A stretch of DNA of 64,000 nucleotides from Eledone cirrhosa. Its lineage: Eukaryota. The translations under genes were made by a program, and so were the position numbers. The notes under the pieces were generated by a model. It saw nothing but the letters and a program-made list of their open reading frames with translations, had not been told where the DNA came from and did not search any database. This document shows positions 31,822 to 47,104 of this stretch, piece after piece. Position 1 is the stretch's first letter; the number at the start of each line of letters is the position of its first letter. The stretch is taken from NCBI GenBank assembly GCA_964016885.1, contig OZ024741.1:107136001-107200000 (forward strand). The letters are read 5' to 3'.

Positions 31822-32256
31822 TACAATATATTAACAAATGGAAACTATATTTATAAAACCATATTTATTTCATTATACATATTTCAAGGACACCAAAGCC
31901 AATTATGGTGCGCTTTCATCAGATAAAATATAATATAGATCAGTTTTATAAACAAATATTGACATACCCTTAAAGAATGCAACCATGTCGGTTGGAAGCT
32001 CCCGACATGGTCGCATTCTTTAAGGGTATGTCAATATTTGTTTATAAAACTGATCTATATTATATTTTATCTGATGAAAGCGCACCATAATTGGCTTTGG
32101 TGTCCTTGAAATATGTATAATGAAATAAATATGGTTTTATAAATATAGTTTCCATTTGTTAATATATTGTATTTTTACTCCAATAATTTGTTGAGTGCTT
32201 TATATCAGTTATAAAAATATTTGCTTGTTGTATCCCAACAAATTAAATATAACTTC

Positions 32257-32260
<4 letters not shown>
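31822..32260. mobile_element. Family C fold-back with about 170-bp near-perfect arms and two hammerheads
   Basis: Hammerheads at 31866-31930 (-) and 32063-32127 (+); apex about 31997; tail to 32260. Confidence 0.9.
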
Positions 32261-32300
<40 letters not shown>

Positions 32301-32597
32301 GTAGATTGACTTCGGCCAGTATTAGCCTAGGCCATGTCTAATTTAATAGCACTACCTGGCGAAGTCTTTCAAATCAGAATTTGGACACCGTGGCCCACAT
32401 AGGTAGAAAATAATTGTTTTCGGAGACATATCGGGGTGTAGGGATTTATCCGGAATATCTTGGAGGATTTTGAACAAAGACTTTTAAAATTTTATGGGAC
32501 ATCTTTCTGAAAATATTTATTTTGGTGTAATGTTAAAGAGAGTGGAATTCATTGAGGCGAAACAATTCTGCTGCAATTATTACGAGCTGCCAGTTTG

Positions 32598-32635
<38 letters not shown>

Positions 32636-32784
32636 TCATATATATACATAATATGGAGTTTCATAATTACTATAGATTAGTTAAAATATCGATTTCTCTC
32701 ACCAATAAAACTTCCGAAACTACCGTAAAACAATGAACTAATTAAACACCAAACTTCGCCTTTTGATTTCATTGTTCAACAGCC

Positions 32785-33003
<219 letters not shown>

Positions 33004-33102
33004 CCCTTTACGTAATTGTCTTGCGAAGTTCTTACTGCGTAACTGCACTGCAAAAACATTTATTAATCAGGTAACCAATCCGTTTATTATTTTTTAAAAC
33101 AA

Positions 33103-33292
33103 CGGTGGATTGGCAGTATCGGTAGAGGGTCGGACGCCATGCTTTCCACCATAGTTATGTCCCTTTACGATCTGAGTTCAAATCCCGCCGAGGTTGACTT
33201 TGCCTTTCATCCTTACGGGGTCGATAAAATAAAGTACCAGTAATGCACTGGGTAATTGCTGGCCTTGTGCCTAAAGTAGAAACAATTATTTT
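33103..33292 (+). mobile_element. Full-length SINE family 1
   Basis: A/B boxes, core, tail; imperfect TSD ttattttttaaa(a)caac. Confidence 0.92.
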
Positions 33293-33582
33293 TTTAAACA
33301 ACAAATACCCTATATCTGTCCATGTATTTATATATCTCTATTTCTCTGCGTCGAAATATGTTTGCCATCAGTCACTAGGAATTAGGGCTGTTACAATTTC
33401 CGTTCGGTTTATTAATAAGTGTCAATTTTGTTTCTTGCTACATGAGTGGCTTCATTAGCAGTTAGCTAATTGCTTGTTTAAATGCCTTATGTATGGATTG
33501 GCTACCTGATTGTGATTATCAATACAAACTGAAGAGAATCCTAACCCGTGCGCGTATTTCTCTTTGCAGCATATGTATAAGA

Positions 33583-33997
33583 ATTCGTAGAATAATGAGA
33601 AGAGCCTAACGCAAGGAAGCTGCTCAAACAGCAAAATGCGGTCAATGACAGGGTCGGCTAAAATGATCCTCAAAGGATAGAAATCAGTGGCTAGAAGTAT
33701 GTTGGCCTGCAGAAGTGATAGGAAGAAAGGGGGAAAGGAAGAAAAATGAACAAGAGAAGATCACGCAATCATTTATATACATCATCAGATTTTGGACAAG
33801 CTGTTAAATCGTGTGAAACCATAGCCGATCTTCTCTTGTCCGTTTTTTTTCCTTTTCTCCTTTCTTCCTATCACTTCTGCTGGCCAACACACTTCTTGTC
33901 GTTGATTTCTTTGAGGTATATTTTACCCGACGCTGTCATTGACAGCATTTTGCTATTTTAACAGCTTCCTTACATTGAGTTCTCATTATTCTACGAA
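33583..33997. repeat. Diverged fold-back with about 175-bp arms
   Basis: 33583-33762 versus 33827-33997 (for example gcagaagtgataggaagaaagg / cctttcttcctatcacttctgc). Confidence 0.8.
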
Positions 33998-34006
33998 CCC
34001 GGGATG

Positions 34007-34120
<114 letters not shown>

Positions 34121-34201
34121 CACACACGCACACACACACGCACACACACACACGCACACACACACGCGCACACACACACGCGCACACACACACACACACA
34201 C

Positions 34202-34260
<59 letters not shown>

Positions 34261-34825
34261 TACACACACATATATATATATATATACACACACACATATG
34301 TGTGTGTCTGTGTGTCTGTATATCTATCTAACTACACGTCGATATTACTATATATATATATATTTATTTATTTATATATATTTTTATGTATCAACCTGTC
34401 TGTCTATCCTTGGATGTATGTATAATTTAAATTACGTGTCACAAAACAAGGCGGGTTATTTTCAACTAAATCGACTTCTATATGACTTTAATCTCATCTT
34501 CATAACTTTATGAACTTTCAAGAGAAAGAAAGAGAGAGAGGGGGAGATGATTGATAATAGTCGCCTCCACACCTCCCTCCGCCAGGCCTCATAGAAGCAC
34601 CCAGAAAAATTCGAGGGACGTTCCAGTAAATTGAAGTAAATACTGCAATGTATTTAATCCGGCGCTTTATTGTCTGAGAGAAGGAGAGATTGGAGGCGTC
34701 TCTGTGGTCGCTATAATCAATTTCATCTCAAATTGATGTTATTTAATATTGCTAGAAAAGGGGAGAAAGCGAGAGAGAGACAGAGATAGGGAAACTGATA
34801 CATATATATATATATATATATACAC

Positions 34826-34912
<87 letters not shown>

Positions 34913-34926
34913 CACACACATATATA

Positions 34927-34959
<33 letters not shown>

Positions 34960-35145
34960 GGAGAGGGAGAGGGAGGGAGGGAGATAACGAGAGAGACTGG
35001 GATAGAGACAGAAAGAGAACTAATATTAAAAAAGTTGAGAAATGTCAGACGATAGGAAAAATTACATGAAAAAATTGTGTATATAATGAAATTAAAATCT
35101 ATTGAATGGAATCAGTGTTGTATATATACATATGAATAATGTGAA

Positions 35146-35203
<58 letters not shown>

Positions 35204-35288
35204 CATATAAATATATATATACATATATATATATACATATATATATACATATATATATATACATATTTATATATATACATATATATAT

Positions 35289-35362
<74 letters not shown>

Positions 35363-35615
35363 CTATATGTGTGTGAGTGTGTGTGAGTGTATGTGTGTCG
35401 TTAATATGTGTAATCAGCGTTAGACACAGTGGCGGTTTAAATATCTGATTTAATTATGCAGCACAGTTTAGAAATTGTTTACTTTTTCTTTACTGTAGAC
35501 CATAGTACAAACAACTATATCAACGGTATCAACGATAGCAACAAATGTACAGACAAAATAAAAACTTGACATACCATAGTACAGGACACGCAAACACACG
35601 CACACTTGCACAGTG

Positions 35616-35653
<38 letters not shown>

Positions 35654-35816
35654 ATGTGTGTGTGTGTGTGTGTGGGAGAGAGAATTTGTGTGTGCATTTT
35701 TATCCTGGCGCCCGATAAGAGGCCAGCCAGTATTGAAACGGCTCCTCGACTATACAGTGGTGGCCATAACTGGATCCGAACCTAAGGTCATGCATACACA
35801 CACACGCACACACATA

Positions 35817-36142
<326 letters not shown>

Positions 36143-36149
36143 TAAATAA

Positions 36150-36196
<47 letters not shown>

Positions 36197-36594
36197 AGTA
36201 TATATGTGGGTGGGTGGGTGCGTTTATGGGCGTGTATGTGCTTAGTTTTTCTATTTCCATTGCAAAAATATTGAATTGAAGTCGCTTGTTAAAACAGGTA
36301 TTGTTATAACTTGAGCTATGTTGCCCAAATAAAATAAACACATGCAGGAGTTGAGATTTACCTCAGTTTTATTATTAGATACGTAACTGCTGGCCTTGTG
36401 CCTATAGTAGAAATCATTATAAGATACGTAACTAATCCATTCCTCGTTTAGTTTAGTAACCGGATGGCTGTTTACTTATATTTAATTGTCAAAGCTGTTT
36501 CGTCAAAGAATGTGACAAAAGAGCTTTAACAGTTAAATAACAACCCAGTTACTAAACTAACCGAGGAATCAATTAGGTATCTAACTAATAAAGT

Positions 36595-36805
36595 TTTCTG
36601 ATTCAAGCAGCTGGCTAACAATTTTTGGGGAGGGAAAGGTAGGGTAAATCGACCCTAAACGTTTCTGGTACTATATTTTATCGATCTTGAAGGTATGAAA
36701 TGCAAAGCTCACCTCGGTAGGATTTGAAGTCAGAACATAAAAGGACGTAAGAATATGCCGCAAAGCATGTTATCCGACGCTCTACGGATACTGTAATCGA
36801 CCACC
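36595..36805 (-). mobile_element. Diverged SINE family 1
   Basis: Reverse complement of head and core recognisable. Confidence 0.75.
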
Positions 36806-36900
36806 TTTAACTAATTTATATTAAAATAGAAGTGAAATTCAGATGGCACGTGTATTGTTATTGGTGATATGACCTTCCCAAATTATAATAATGTGTGAGT

Positions 36901-37205
36901 AAAGGCGCATGGTTAGAGCGTTGAGGTTGTGATTTCGAATCTCGGACCGGGTGGTGCGTTGTGTACTTGACCAAGACATTTTATTTCACGTTGCTTCACT
37001 TCACTCAGCTTTAGAAATGCGACGTCACTGATGCCAAGCTGTATCGGCCATTGCCTTTCTCTTGGACATCATCCGTGGCGTGGTGAGGGCGAGACTGCAT
37101 TCATGGTCGACTGCTAGACTTCTGCAAATACACCTTGCCTAGGGTTGTGCCTTGGAGGGGAACATTCTAGGTGCAAAACCATGGTCACTCGTGACCGAAT
37201 GTTGC
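36901..37205 (+). mobile_element. SINE family 2 variant
   Basis: gtacttgaccaagacattttatttcac...gtcactg.tgccaagctgtatc; paralogue at 54705-55025. Confidence 0.75.
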
Positions 37206-37211
37206 CTACGA

Positions 37212-37325
<114 letters not shown>

Positions 37326-37433
37326 GTGTGTGTGTGTGCGTGTGCGAAAGGCAAACAGAAATAAGAAAGCAAACGACTCAGTACAATGAAGAAATATATT
37401 ATTAGTTTTACGCTGGGTATAGTACGAAAAGGG

Positions 37434-37469
37434 TCTTTACGTTTCGGATGCTAGTCCCTCATCAGAAAA
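37434..37469 (-). ncRNA. Minimal hammerhead ribozyme (family D relative)
   Basis: tttt CTGATGA gggactagcatcc GAAA cg TA^ aaga. Confidence 0.75.
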
Positions 37470-37879
37470 TAGAATCAGAAATTAAAGAAGTAATAGAAAG
37501 ATAGTGAGGAGCGGGCAGTGGCAGAAACGAAAATGAATTTCTTTGAGAAAATAACACGTCTATTCATGTCGCCATCTCTTGGAAAACTGTTGATTCCCCC
37601 TTGTTGTATAAGAAAACCAGTTAGTTTTGTTTTAAAGGGCTGTGATCTAATTGATAGGAAAGAAAATTGTTTTGTATATAAAGCGTATGCGTGTGCGTGC
37701 GTGTGTTTGTCATTTGTCCATACGAAGCCAAGATGATATGTGTATATAATATATATATATATAAATATATTTCGAGGGCGGCCGACTGAGGTAGAAGCTG
37801 CTAAATGGTCGGTCGTCCTCTTGTCTCTGATTTTCAGCCCCATGGATTGTATCTGTTATATTCCTTTGTTATATTTTGA

Positions 37880-37937
37880 ATACCTGATGATATCACTGGA
37901 TTCATACTGAACCCGGTCATTGAAATGATCATAGTAT
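37880..37937 (+). ncRNA. Minimal type I hammerhead ribozyme
   Basis: atac CTGATGA t atcactggattca tac tgaacccggtcat t GAAA tgatca TA^ gtat, then aataaa; palindromic stem III ATGATCAT. Confidence 0.85.
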
Positions 37938-38264
37938 AATAAACCTTTCAAGGATTTACACCAGTTATTTTATAATAATTAACTCCGTACTCGCACCACC
38001 AACTACACAAACGAAGACGGGTGAGTTGCATTACGTTGAGTGCTCTCCATAATATTACACCAAGATTGACCATACGGAATGACCAGTTCTATCCAGTGGT
38101 GAACCAACAAACCTAAATAAATATATTTATATATATATATAGAGAAAAAGTAGAATTCGAAATAGCACGGAAAATATGTTTAAGGATCTTTTGTTCTCGT
38201 TTTCTTCTTTGATTCGTCATACTGACATAAAAAGGGGTATTATAATGTATATAAAATATATGAA

Positions 38265-38310
38265 ATATAACCGGTTTCGATGTATGATTGTAAACCATCT
38301 TATCAAATGT
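38265..38310 (-). ncRNA. Decayed hammerhead ribozyme
   Basis: TTGATAA gatg...catc GAAA ccgg TT^; two transitions from CTGATGA. Confidence 0.55.
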
Positions 38311-39689
38311 TGAATATTACAATTAAAAAAGAATTAAAAATTAAAACTTAAAAAATTTAAAATTAAGTGTTGAAAAGGTCTGTTCATCTTTCCTGTTGCG
38401 ATGACTGTGTCTAAAATGGAACCTTATATATATAGAGAGAGAGGGGTATCAAATTTTTATAGCAACAATTGTGATGTGTTCCCTGTCATGTTTCCACCAT
38501 TTCGGAAAATATTGACCTAGACAATGTCTAACTAAATAGCACCACCTGCGATGTTGAGGGGAGCTCGAGGTAAAACAACTGTACCAATGTCATCATGGTG
38601 TTGCGAGTCGGACGAATATTTCTCTTAATGTAGTGACAACAGAATAAATATTTTCTCTGTAGGGATTTCAACAAGCTCTTCTGGAAGTCATCACTGCTTG
38701 CTTAAAAACCTAATGGATTACGGTTGAAAGATGATATGTAAGGAATAACCTTACATGGCCATCATTTCCAGCTAAATGGAGCAGGCTATTTGAAATTTAT
38801 TGATTTTAATAATGGTCACATCCACCAGAGAGCAATTCAAATGGGACACGGGAATAGGAGGAATGAAGGGTGAAATGGTGAATCCTCTCTCTGCTATCAC
38901 ATACATAATGTGACACGATATATCAACCAAGTAATGAAGACTACACACATTAATCATATCTACCACCCCTTCATCCCACCTAACTCCCAATAATCACTTC
39001 TACCACCTGACTGCATGTATATACTCCATGAGAACTAATCTGTGGCTACAAATAAACAAATTGGAGTGGGAAAGGATTTGCGTCCCGCGGAAAAACAAGC
39101 CTTTTTTTTATAAAAAAGAAATTGTTTCATATAATTTTATAGACTGTTCGGAAAATAAACCATTACACATGCTTTACGTGTTGTGGTAATATTATAAAAA
39201 ACAAATAACGAGGAGACGGTGTGTAAGTTTAGAACTCGCTGAGAAATACGATAAAGTTTCACATATGTAATATAGGACATATGTAAGGCTCTAAGATGTC
39301 ACTAGTGGCTACTAAATTTACATTTCTCTCAACATAACCACGATGAAGTCATGAACAGCGATGCTCTAAATAGCGTATTGAGTACTTCTTTTGTTTTCTA
39401 CATAAATACAAACCCACTTAGGCTCACGCACACACACATAGACACACAAATAGATACGTAAACGTGTGTGTGTGCATGTATATGTGCCTAAGCACACATG
39501 CACACGCACACTCACACGCATATATATATATATATAAGTAGTTCCACAAAAGTTAGTTCACTATACCGAGAACAAATATTTCACCTTATTCGGATCCTCA
39601 GCTACCAAACTCGTCCCACGGACTGAGTGCTCTACTACTACGGATATAACACGCCAGTGTTCTACTATTATATATATACACACCTTTAT

Positions 39690-39882
39690 TATATAGAGAA
39701 ATGCTATATAAAGGACTACAACTCATTCCTGTCAGGAATGTCCTGATGATTTCATACGAATAAAACAGTTCTAGTCCTGTAGAAGTCGTTTCCATATATA
39801 ATAAAGATTCCTATACTCTACCAAGTTATTGTATACCTTGTTTGACTGTGGTTACTGCCCGACACAAATCAGGAACCTACAT
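39690..39882 (+). mobile_element. Diverged family B element
   Basis: cCTGATGAtttcatacgaataaaacagttctagtcctgtagaag plus tail. Confidence 0.7.
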
Positions 39883-39957
39883 ATTATATATATATGAAAC
39901 TAATGCACTTCATGTTATTGCATCCTCTTGTTCGACTCTTGTTTTCTTGACTTATAT

Positions 39958-40019
<62 letters not shown>

Positions 40020-40110
40020 ATGTAAAAGGTGTAAACAGAAATAACAACACAATCGGTACAGTATATGGAATGTATATATTAGGTTAACGCTTGACATAGC
40101 AGGAAGAGGG

Positions 40111-40146
40111 TCTTAACGTTTCGGACGCTAGTCCTTCTTCAGAAGA
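40111..40146 (-). ncRNA. Minimal hammerhead ribozyme (family D element about 40020-40290)
   Basis: tctt CTGAAGA a ggac tagc gtcc GAAA cg TT^ aaga; palindrome AACGTT. Confidence 0.8.
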
Positions 40147-40377
40147 AATAATGAGAAATAAAAAAGATTGAGGGGACGGGCGGGATGGAATTGGAAAAAA
40201 TATCTTTAGATAAAAATAACAGGTCCATTCATGTTGACATCTCTTGCAAAACTGTCGGTGCTAACGTTTTGTGTATGATTTGTTTTTTAGAAAAGTAGAT
40301 GATGGAGCACGTCTACCTGAAATGGAAAAAAAAAACGTTTTGTAAAAAGTGCTCTACCCGAGCACGTGCGTAAGCAT

Positions 40378-40492
<115 letters not shown>

Positions 40493-40501
40493 TGTGTGTG
40501 C

Positions 40502-40583
<82 letters not shown>

Positions 40584-40705
40584 ATAGGTCCGTACGAAGC
40601 TAAGAAGAGATATGTGTATATGTGAGTAAAAGAGTGTGTGTGCATGTAAGTACGAAGCTATGAGCAAAGAGAAAGCGATAGGAATCCAGGGGTGAGGTAA
40701 TGGAC

Positions 40706-40751
<46 letters not shown>

Positions 40752-40753
<2 letters not shown>

Positions 40754-41262
40754 TAGAAAGGGCATTTGTTGGAAGTCCGACAAATATAAATGTTTATAAC
40801 TGATTTAGAGCACTCAACTGGTTACTGGAGTAAATATTCAATGATATTAAATAAATGGAAACTATATTTATAAAATCATATTTATTTTATTATATATATT
40901 TCAAGGGTACCAAGACAACATTGGTACGCTTTCATCAGATGAAATACAAAGTTTGTTTTATAAATAGAGATATACCCATGAAAATCATACCTTATCGGTT
41001 GGAAATTCACTCCACTATCCAGTGAATTTCTAACCGATAAGGTATGATTTTCATGGGTATATCTCTATTTATAAAACAAACTTTGTATTTCATCTGATGA
41101 AAGCGTACCAATGTTGTCTTGGTACCCTTGAAATATATATAATAAAATAAATATGGTTTTATAAATATAGTTTCCATTTATTAATATATTGTATATTTAC
41201 TCCACTAATTTGTTGAGTGCTTTATATCAGTTATAAAAATGTTTAAGCTTGTTGAATTAAAG
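40752..41262. mobile_element. Family C fold-back with two different tails and two hammerheads
   Basis: Hammerheads at 40883-40946 (-) and 41086-41149 (+); apex about 41016. Confidence 0.88.
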
Positions 41263-41582
41263 GTTGCGTTCGTGCAGTGGTGGTGTGTGTGTAGATGGAG
41301 TGCACATTACCATCTGTTTGCGCGTGTGTGGGTATTAAGTGTGTTGTTGGTATAGGTGTGTGTTCGTACATATGTGTGAGCGAGTGTATGCTGGTATGTG
41401 TGGCAGAGATGTGTGGTTGTTGGTGAGTATTCCCTGGTTGCATGTATAGGTCTATCCGTGTGCGTTTGTGTGTGTGTATTGTGTGGTTTCATGGATAGGT
41501 GTATGCGTATGCGCGTGTGCGTGTGTGTGTGCGTGTGTGTAAGTAGTGGGGTGGGCTTTTGAGTCTAGATGGGTAAAATCCA

Positions 41583-41649
41583 GGTAGATAAGTTTCCAAG
41601 AGTGTAAGAATCTAGGTTTGAATCTTACCCTCTTGGAAACTTATCTACC
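41583..41649. repeat. Short hairpin with 27-bp arms
   Basis: ggtagataagtttccaagagtgtaaga / tcttaccctcttggaaacttatctacc. Confidence 0.85.
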
Positions 41650-41782
41650 AAAGAGTCCAAAGTCGGGAAAAACCGAGGTAAAATGGAATAGAGAATGTAA
41701 TTGTGGGTAGTTGCAGAGAATGTGTGGGTGCGTGTGGGTGGGAGTTGGTGGTGGCAGAGTTCTAGGGAATAAATATATATAA

Positions 41783-41975
41783 ATAATTGTTTCTACTTTT
41801 GGCACAAGGCCAGCAATTATCCAGTACATTACGGGTACTTTATTTTATCTACCCTGTAAGGATGAAAGGTAAAATCTAACCGCGGCGGAATTTGAACTCA
41901 GACAATAAAGGTCCGTAACTCTATGCATCAAAGCATGGCGGCCGATCCTCTACCGATACTGCCAATCCACCGCCC
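41783..41975 (-). mobile_element. Full-length SINE family 1
   Basis: Reverse complement of the consensus from head to tail. Confidence 0.9.
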
Positions 41976-42221
41976 TTATATATATATAAATAATAATATA
42001 TTCAGGAGTTTCAGGAGAAATTACACCATTTCGTTAGTTTTAAGTAGGTTTCACCAGATGACGAACAACTTTAATAACTTTGATAACTTTTAAGGTTTCG
42101 ACTAGCAGTAGCGCAAGCGATGCCTAACGTAATACCAACACCTGGATACACACACACACCACACACACACACACACGCACGCACGCACGCACACACGCAT
42201 ACACATACACACACACATACA

Positions 42222-42354
<133 letters not shown>

Positions 42355-42595
42355 ATATATAAGCTGTCATCGTGAATTTCAACTCGTTTTTTGCTGTTAG
42401 CACAACTTGAAATAGGTACACGTTTGTAAGGATGCACTTACTCATTAACCCTAAAACATACGAACACAGACACACAACACACAAACGCGCACACAGAGCA
42501 TACACACGCAGATAACACTCTCATAACAATAACACACACAGATCACACGCATACACAGAGCACACATACGCATATAGCATACACATAGACAAACG

Positions 42596-42643
<48 letters not shown>

Positions 42644-43037
42644 CATGCTACTGACATACAAATACATTGACACACGTGCATAAATAGTGCGTGACCGAAC
42701 AGACCTAACTGAAATGACATAGATTCGGAAGTTAAAATGGCTGCCATAGTTACGTATGACAACTCTACAACATAGATATAACGACGCGCATTAATACAAC
42801 AGGTCTGACGTTTCACATGAGCGTTGCTGTAACGACACATATCTAATCCTTTCCTCAGAGATAGTGTGATAAAGAGAGAACAGGTGAGAGAGAGAGAGAG
42901 AGAGAGGTAGGGAGAGAGAGAGAGGTAGGTAGAGAGAGAGAGAAAGAAAGAAAGAAAGAAAGTAAGAAAGAGTGTGTGTGTCTCTGAGAGAAAAATAGAA
43001 AGTTGAGGGTAACTTGAGACACAGACACGTATATACA

Positions 43038-43167
<130 letters not shown>

Positions 43168-43417
43168 CACATATATATTTATATATTCTTAGTAAATGAC
43201 GAAATTTGAAACGCAGAAAACAGCTGTGAACACAGAAAATGCTATAATTAGTAGTTTACAAAATCGGGTATCGGGTAAAATACCCCTGTAGACGGGAAAA
43301 ATATGAACAGCAGCTGCTACGAACAACCTACTTCTCAACCTACTTTCGTATATCTGTTTACACACACACCCTTACACACAGCCACACGCTCTCACATACA
43401 CACACACACACACATAT

Positions 43418-43454
<37 letters not shown>

Positions 43455-43488
43455 TGTATGTATGTATGTATGTATGTATGTATGTATG

Positions 43489-43550
<62 letters not shown>

Positions 43551-43882
43551 AAACCTGCGGCTCAGTAGTTACCGATGATATTGATCTTTTCTTCTTTTCG
43601 GGTTATAGCTACTGTCGCTCAGAGAGTGGGATTGGCTCAGTGCACAGTCTTTCCTCACTTTAAAAAATATCTATATATATATATATAAAAATAAGGATTA
43701 ACAAGGATTTAAATTAAATCTTTTAATTGATTTTCGATCGTTTCGTTAAAATAACTGGAATATTGTACTATCAACTCATTTATATTATATTATATTATAT
43801 TATATTATATTATATTATATCATCGAAATATATATAGCAGTAAATAAAGGATTATGAGTTCATGCAATTGACTTATGTTTCG

Positions 43883-43962
<80 letters not shown>

Positions 43963-43984
43963 CGAAACATAAGTCAATTATGTC

Positions 43985-44058
<74 letters not shown>

Positions 44059-44181
44059 TATATAATATGATATAATATAATATATTATATTATATTATAT
44101 CATATATATATATATATATATATATATAAGTATATAGTGACGAAACATAAGTCAATTGCATGAACTCATAATTCTTTATTT

Positions 44182-44237
44182 ACTGCTATATATATTTCGA
44201 TGATAGCCATTGTATGGCTATGACCTCATCAGGCAGT
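44182..44237 (-). ncRNA. Type I hammerhead ribozyme with canonical core
   Basis: actgc CTGATGA ggtc atagccat aca atggctat catc GAAA tatata TA^ gcagt; G10.1-C11.1 pair. Confidence 0.9.
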
Positions 44238-44291
44238 TAGTCTGTTCTTAGATATGCCAGCTCTGTGTTTATGGTGTTGATGGTATCAGAG

Positions 44292-44341
<50 letters not shown>

Positions 44342-45191
44342 GGGGAGAGAGAGAGTGAGAGAGGGAGAGTAGGAGAGAGAGAGAGGGACAGAAGTACGGA
44401 CTGTGAGATTGTGAGAGTGAATGAGTAAATATGTGTTTTTTTATAGACACTGAATGCAGCATAGCCGAACGGTTAAAACGTTCTCTTCGTAATCATAAGA
44501 GACCAGTTCGGTTCCCCTTCGTGGCGCATCGTAATTTACTATGGCCTTCATTTTTTTTTGCCGTTTTCACTTTTGATAATTTTTTTTTTACACTTGTATT
44601 GCACGAGAAAATTGCAATAAATTATACTATAAATATTATTAAAACAGGGATAAATTTCCAAATTTAAGGAAAATATTAGTCACAAAAATTCTTCTATCGT
44701 GACCCATAAAAAAATATTTTGCAGGTCACATGTTAGAGATACCAGATCAAGACATACTCTCAATAGACTTCGGTAATGCTGTTTTGCTTCTTTGAGGATA
44801 TCTTTATTGGAAGGAGCTGTTTGGTCATCTGTGGGATACCTGTCTCTCATATTCGTCAATCACCACTACATTACTTTTGTAAATGGTTTTAGAAACAATT
44901 ACCCATTCTATGGGCTTGTAGGCTACTCACACTGTTTACATCCTTTCTCTGTTCCATTAAACAATTGAAACATCTTAATTAGCAATGTTCCTTCTAGTTT
45001 GTAGTGAAGCGCGTATGTAACTAGTTCTTTGTATGTACGGATGTATGTATCTATGTATGCATGTATGTATGTAGGAATGTATGTATGCATGCATGTACGT
45101 ACGTATGAATGTATGTATGTATTCATGTAGGTATGTATGCATATATATATATATATAATTATGTATATGTATGTATATATGCAGGTATGCA

Positions 45192-45251
<60 letters not shown>

Positions 45252-46069
45252 TGCAAGATAAAAACATACATATTTTCATACATTCATATATTCATAAAAA
45301 CATACATGCATACATTCACACCTACATACGTATATACATACATACATACATAAACACATGCATACGTACATGCGTACACATACATCCATACATACACACA
45401 TACATACTTACATACGTACATACATACATACTTACATACGTACATCCATCCATCCATGCATACATATATACGCATACATTCATACGTACGTGCGTACACA
45501 CATGGATACATGCATGCATATATACACATATACTTACATACAATCATACACACACACACACATACGTACATACGTACATACATAGAGACACACACACATA
45601 CATACACACATACATACATGCACACATACAAGCATACAACCACACATACATGCACACACACACACATGCATACATACACACATACACACATCCACACATA
45701 ATACACACATACATATATACATAAATACATGTATACATATATGCATACATACATGCATACATATCCTGCAGAACATCTTTTCCTTCTAACACAAAATAGA
45801 AGAAATCATGTCTGTGTACGCCAGTCTGTAGTTAAAGAGCCCTAACGTATTTCTATCTTCATAGCTGTAGGCAAATGATGCGTGTAACTAAATGAGAGCA
45901 GGTCGGTGTGAACAGTTGAATGGCCCACGACAATTTCACGCCCCAATAGCACTTGTCTTATGTTACATTACATCGTTTTATATCTAGCTCTTATAATTGA
46001 CGTATTTTCACATACGTTTCATTTGACACTGAACACATAATGCAAATAATTGTTGCTGCTGTTGTTGTT

Positions 46070-46465
46070 TGTTTGTTTGTTTTGCTTTGTTTTCAAAACT
46101 GTTGGTATTACTGTTGTTGTGGTTGGTTGTTATTGTTGTTGTTGTCGACGTCATCAATATCGTTGTTGATGTTTTATTTATTAGAGTCGTTCATTGTTGT
46201 GTTGCGGTTGCTGTCTTTATTGTTGTCCTTGTTATCATTATTCTCATTGCCATCGATGTAGTCATCGCCATCACCATCTTCGTTATTTTCCTTTGTCATG
46301 GTTGTCATCGACGTTGTTATTTTGTAGTTGCTGTTGTTGTTGTTTTTGTTGCTGCTGTTGTTGTTGTTGTTGTTGTTGTTGTCATTACTATTGTTGTCAT
46401 CATTTTTGTAGTATCAGTTAGTTTTGATAAAGTGCTTGTCGTTGCTTTTGTTGTCATTCTAGTCA
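46070..46465. repeat. Degenerate (GTT)n repeat
   Basis: Direct reading. Confidence 0.9.
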
Positions 46466-46634
46466 ATATTTAACAGTTGATTGAACAGCCAATTATTTTA
46501 AGTATAAGTTATCTAGAAGTAGAATATGTTCTTCCTGTTTAAGGTGTTATAAAGGATTTCTGTGAGTTTGGGCTGTTGTTTCGGAGGAAATGGAAGGTGT
46601 TAAAACATGTTGTTAAATCTGGTATCATATAGAG

Positions 46635-46946
46635 CAGGGGTGTGCCACATATTCCATTGGCGGGCCATTTTTGAACATTGGAACAACTATTAGGGCCATT
46701 AATATTTATTAAGCAGTATTCCAAGGATTCACCACAACTTCTTTCCATAACATGGAAATTATAACGCTTATAGCCCTATCAGTGAAGCCCTTTAGTATAG
46801 GTCAACTAACAGAAAATTGTATTACGGTTACGAAAAAAATTCTAAATAATCCTACAAGGTAAAAAGTAAAAACGGTCATCGTGAGCCACTCTGACTGGTC
46901 TGGTGGACTGGATTGTGGCCCGCAGGCCGCCTGTTGCATGCCCCTG
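46635..46946. mobile_element. hAT (Charlie-like) MITE
   Basis: Ends caggggtgtgc ... gcatgcccctg; perfect 8-bp TSD atatagag (46627-46634 and 46947-46954); subterminal ggcccgcaggccg. Confidence 0.85.
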
Positions 46947-47104
46947 ATATAGAGGAACAGTATAACCATACTGTATGTAACTCCTTCAGATTGGTGTGTA
47001 GTTGATGCAATTAATGTTCTGTTGATGGTGCAATGCAGTTGGTGCAACTGAGACAGCTGATGGAGCTAATGCAGTTGGTAAACCTGATGCATCTCATGCT
47101 GTAA

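Noticed and set aside
44137-44160. gacGAAACataaGTC on the + strand, suggesting a second, antisense hammerhead
   Set aside because: No CUGANGA or stem I upstream, only TA repeat; the complete ribozyme is on the - strand
44455-44530. tRNA-like sequence (also about 24865-24920 and 60795-60820)
   Set aside because: Degenerate A/B boxes without a cloverleaf; SINE head remnants, not tRNA genes
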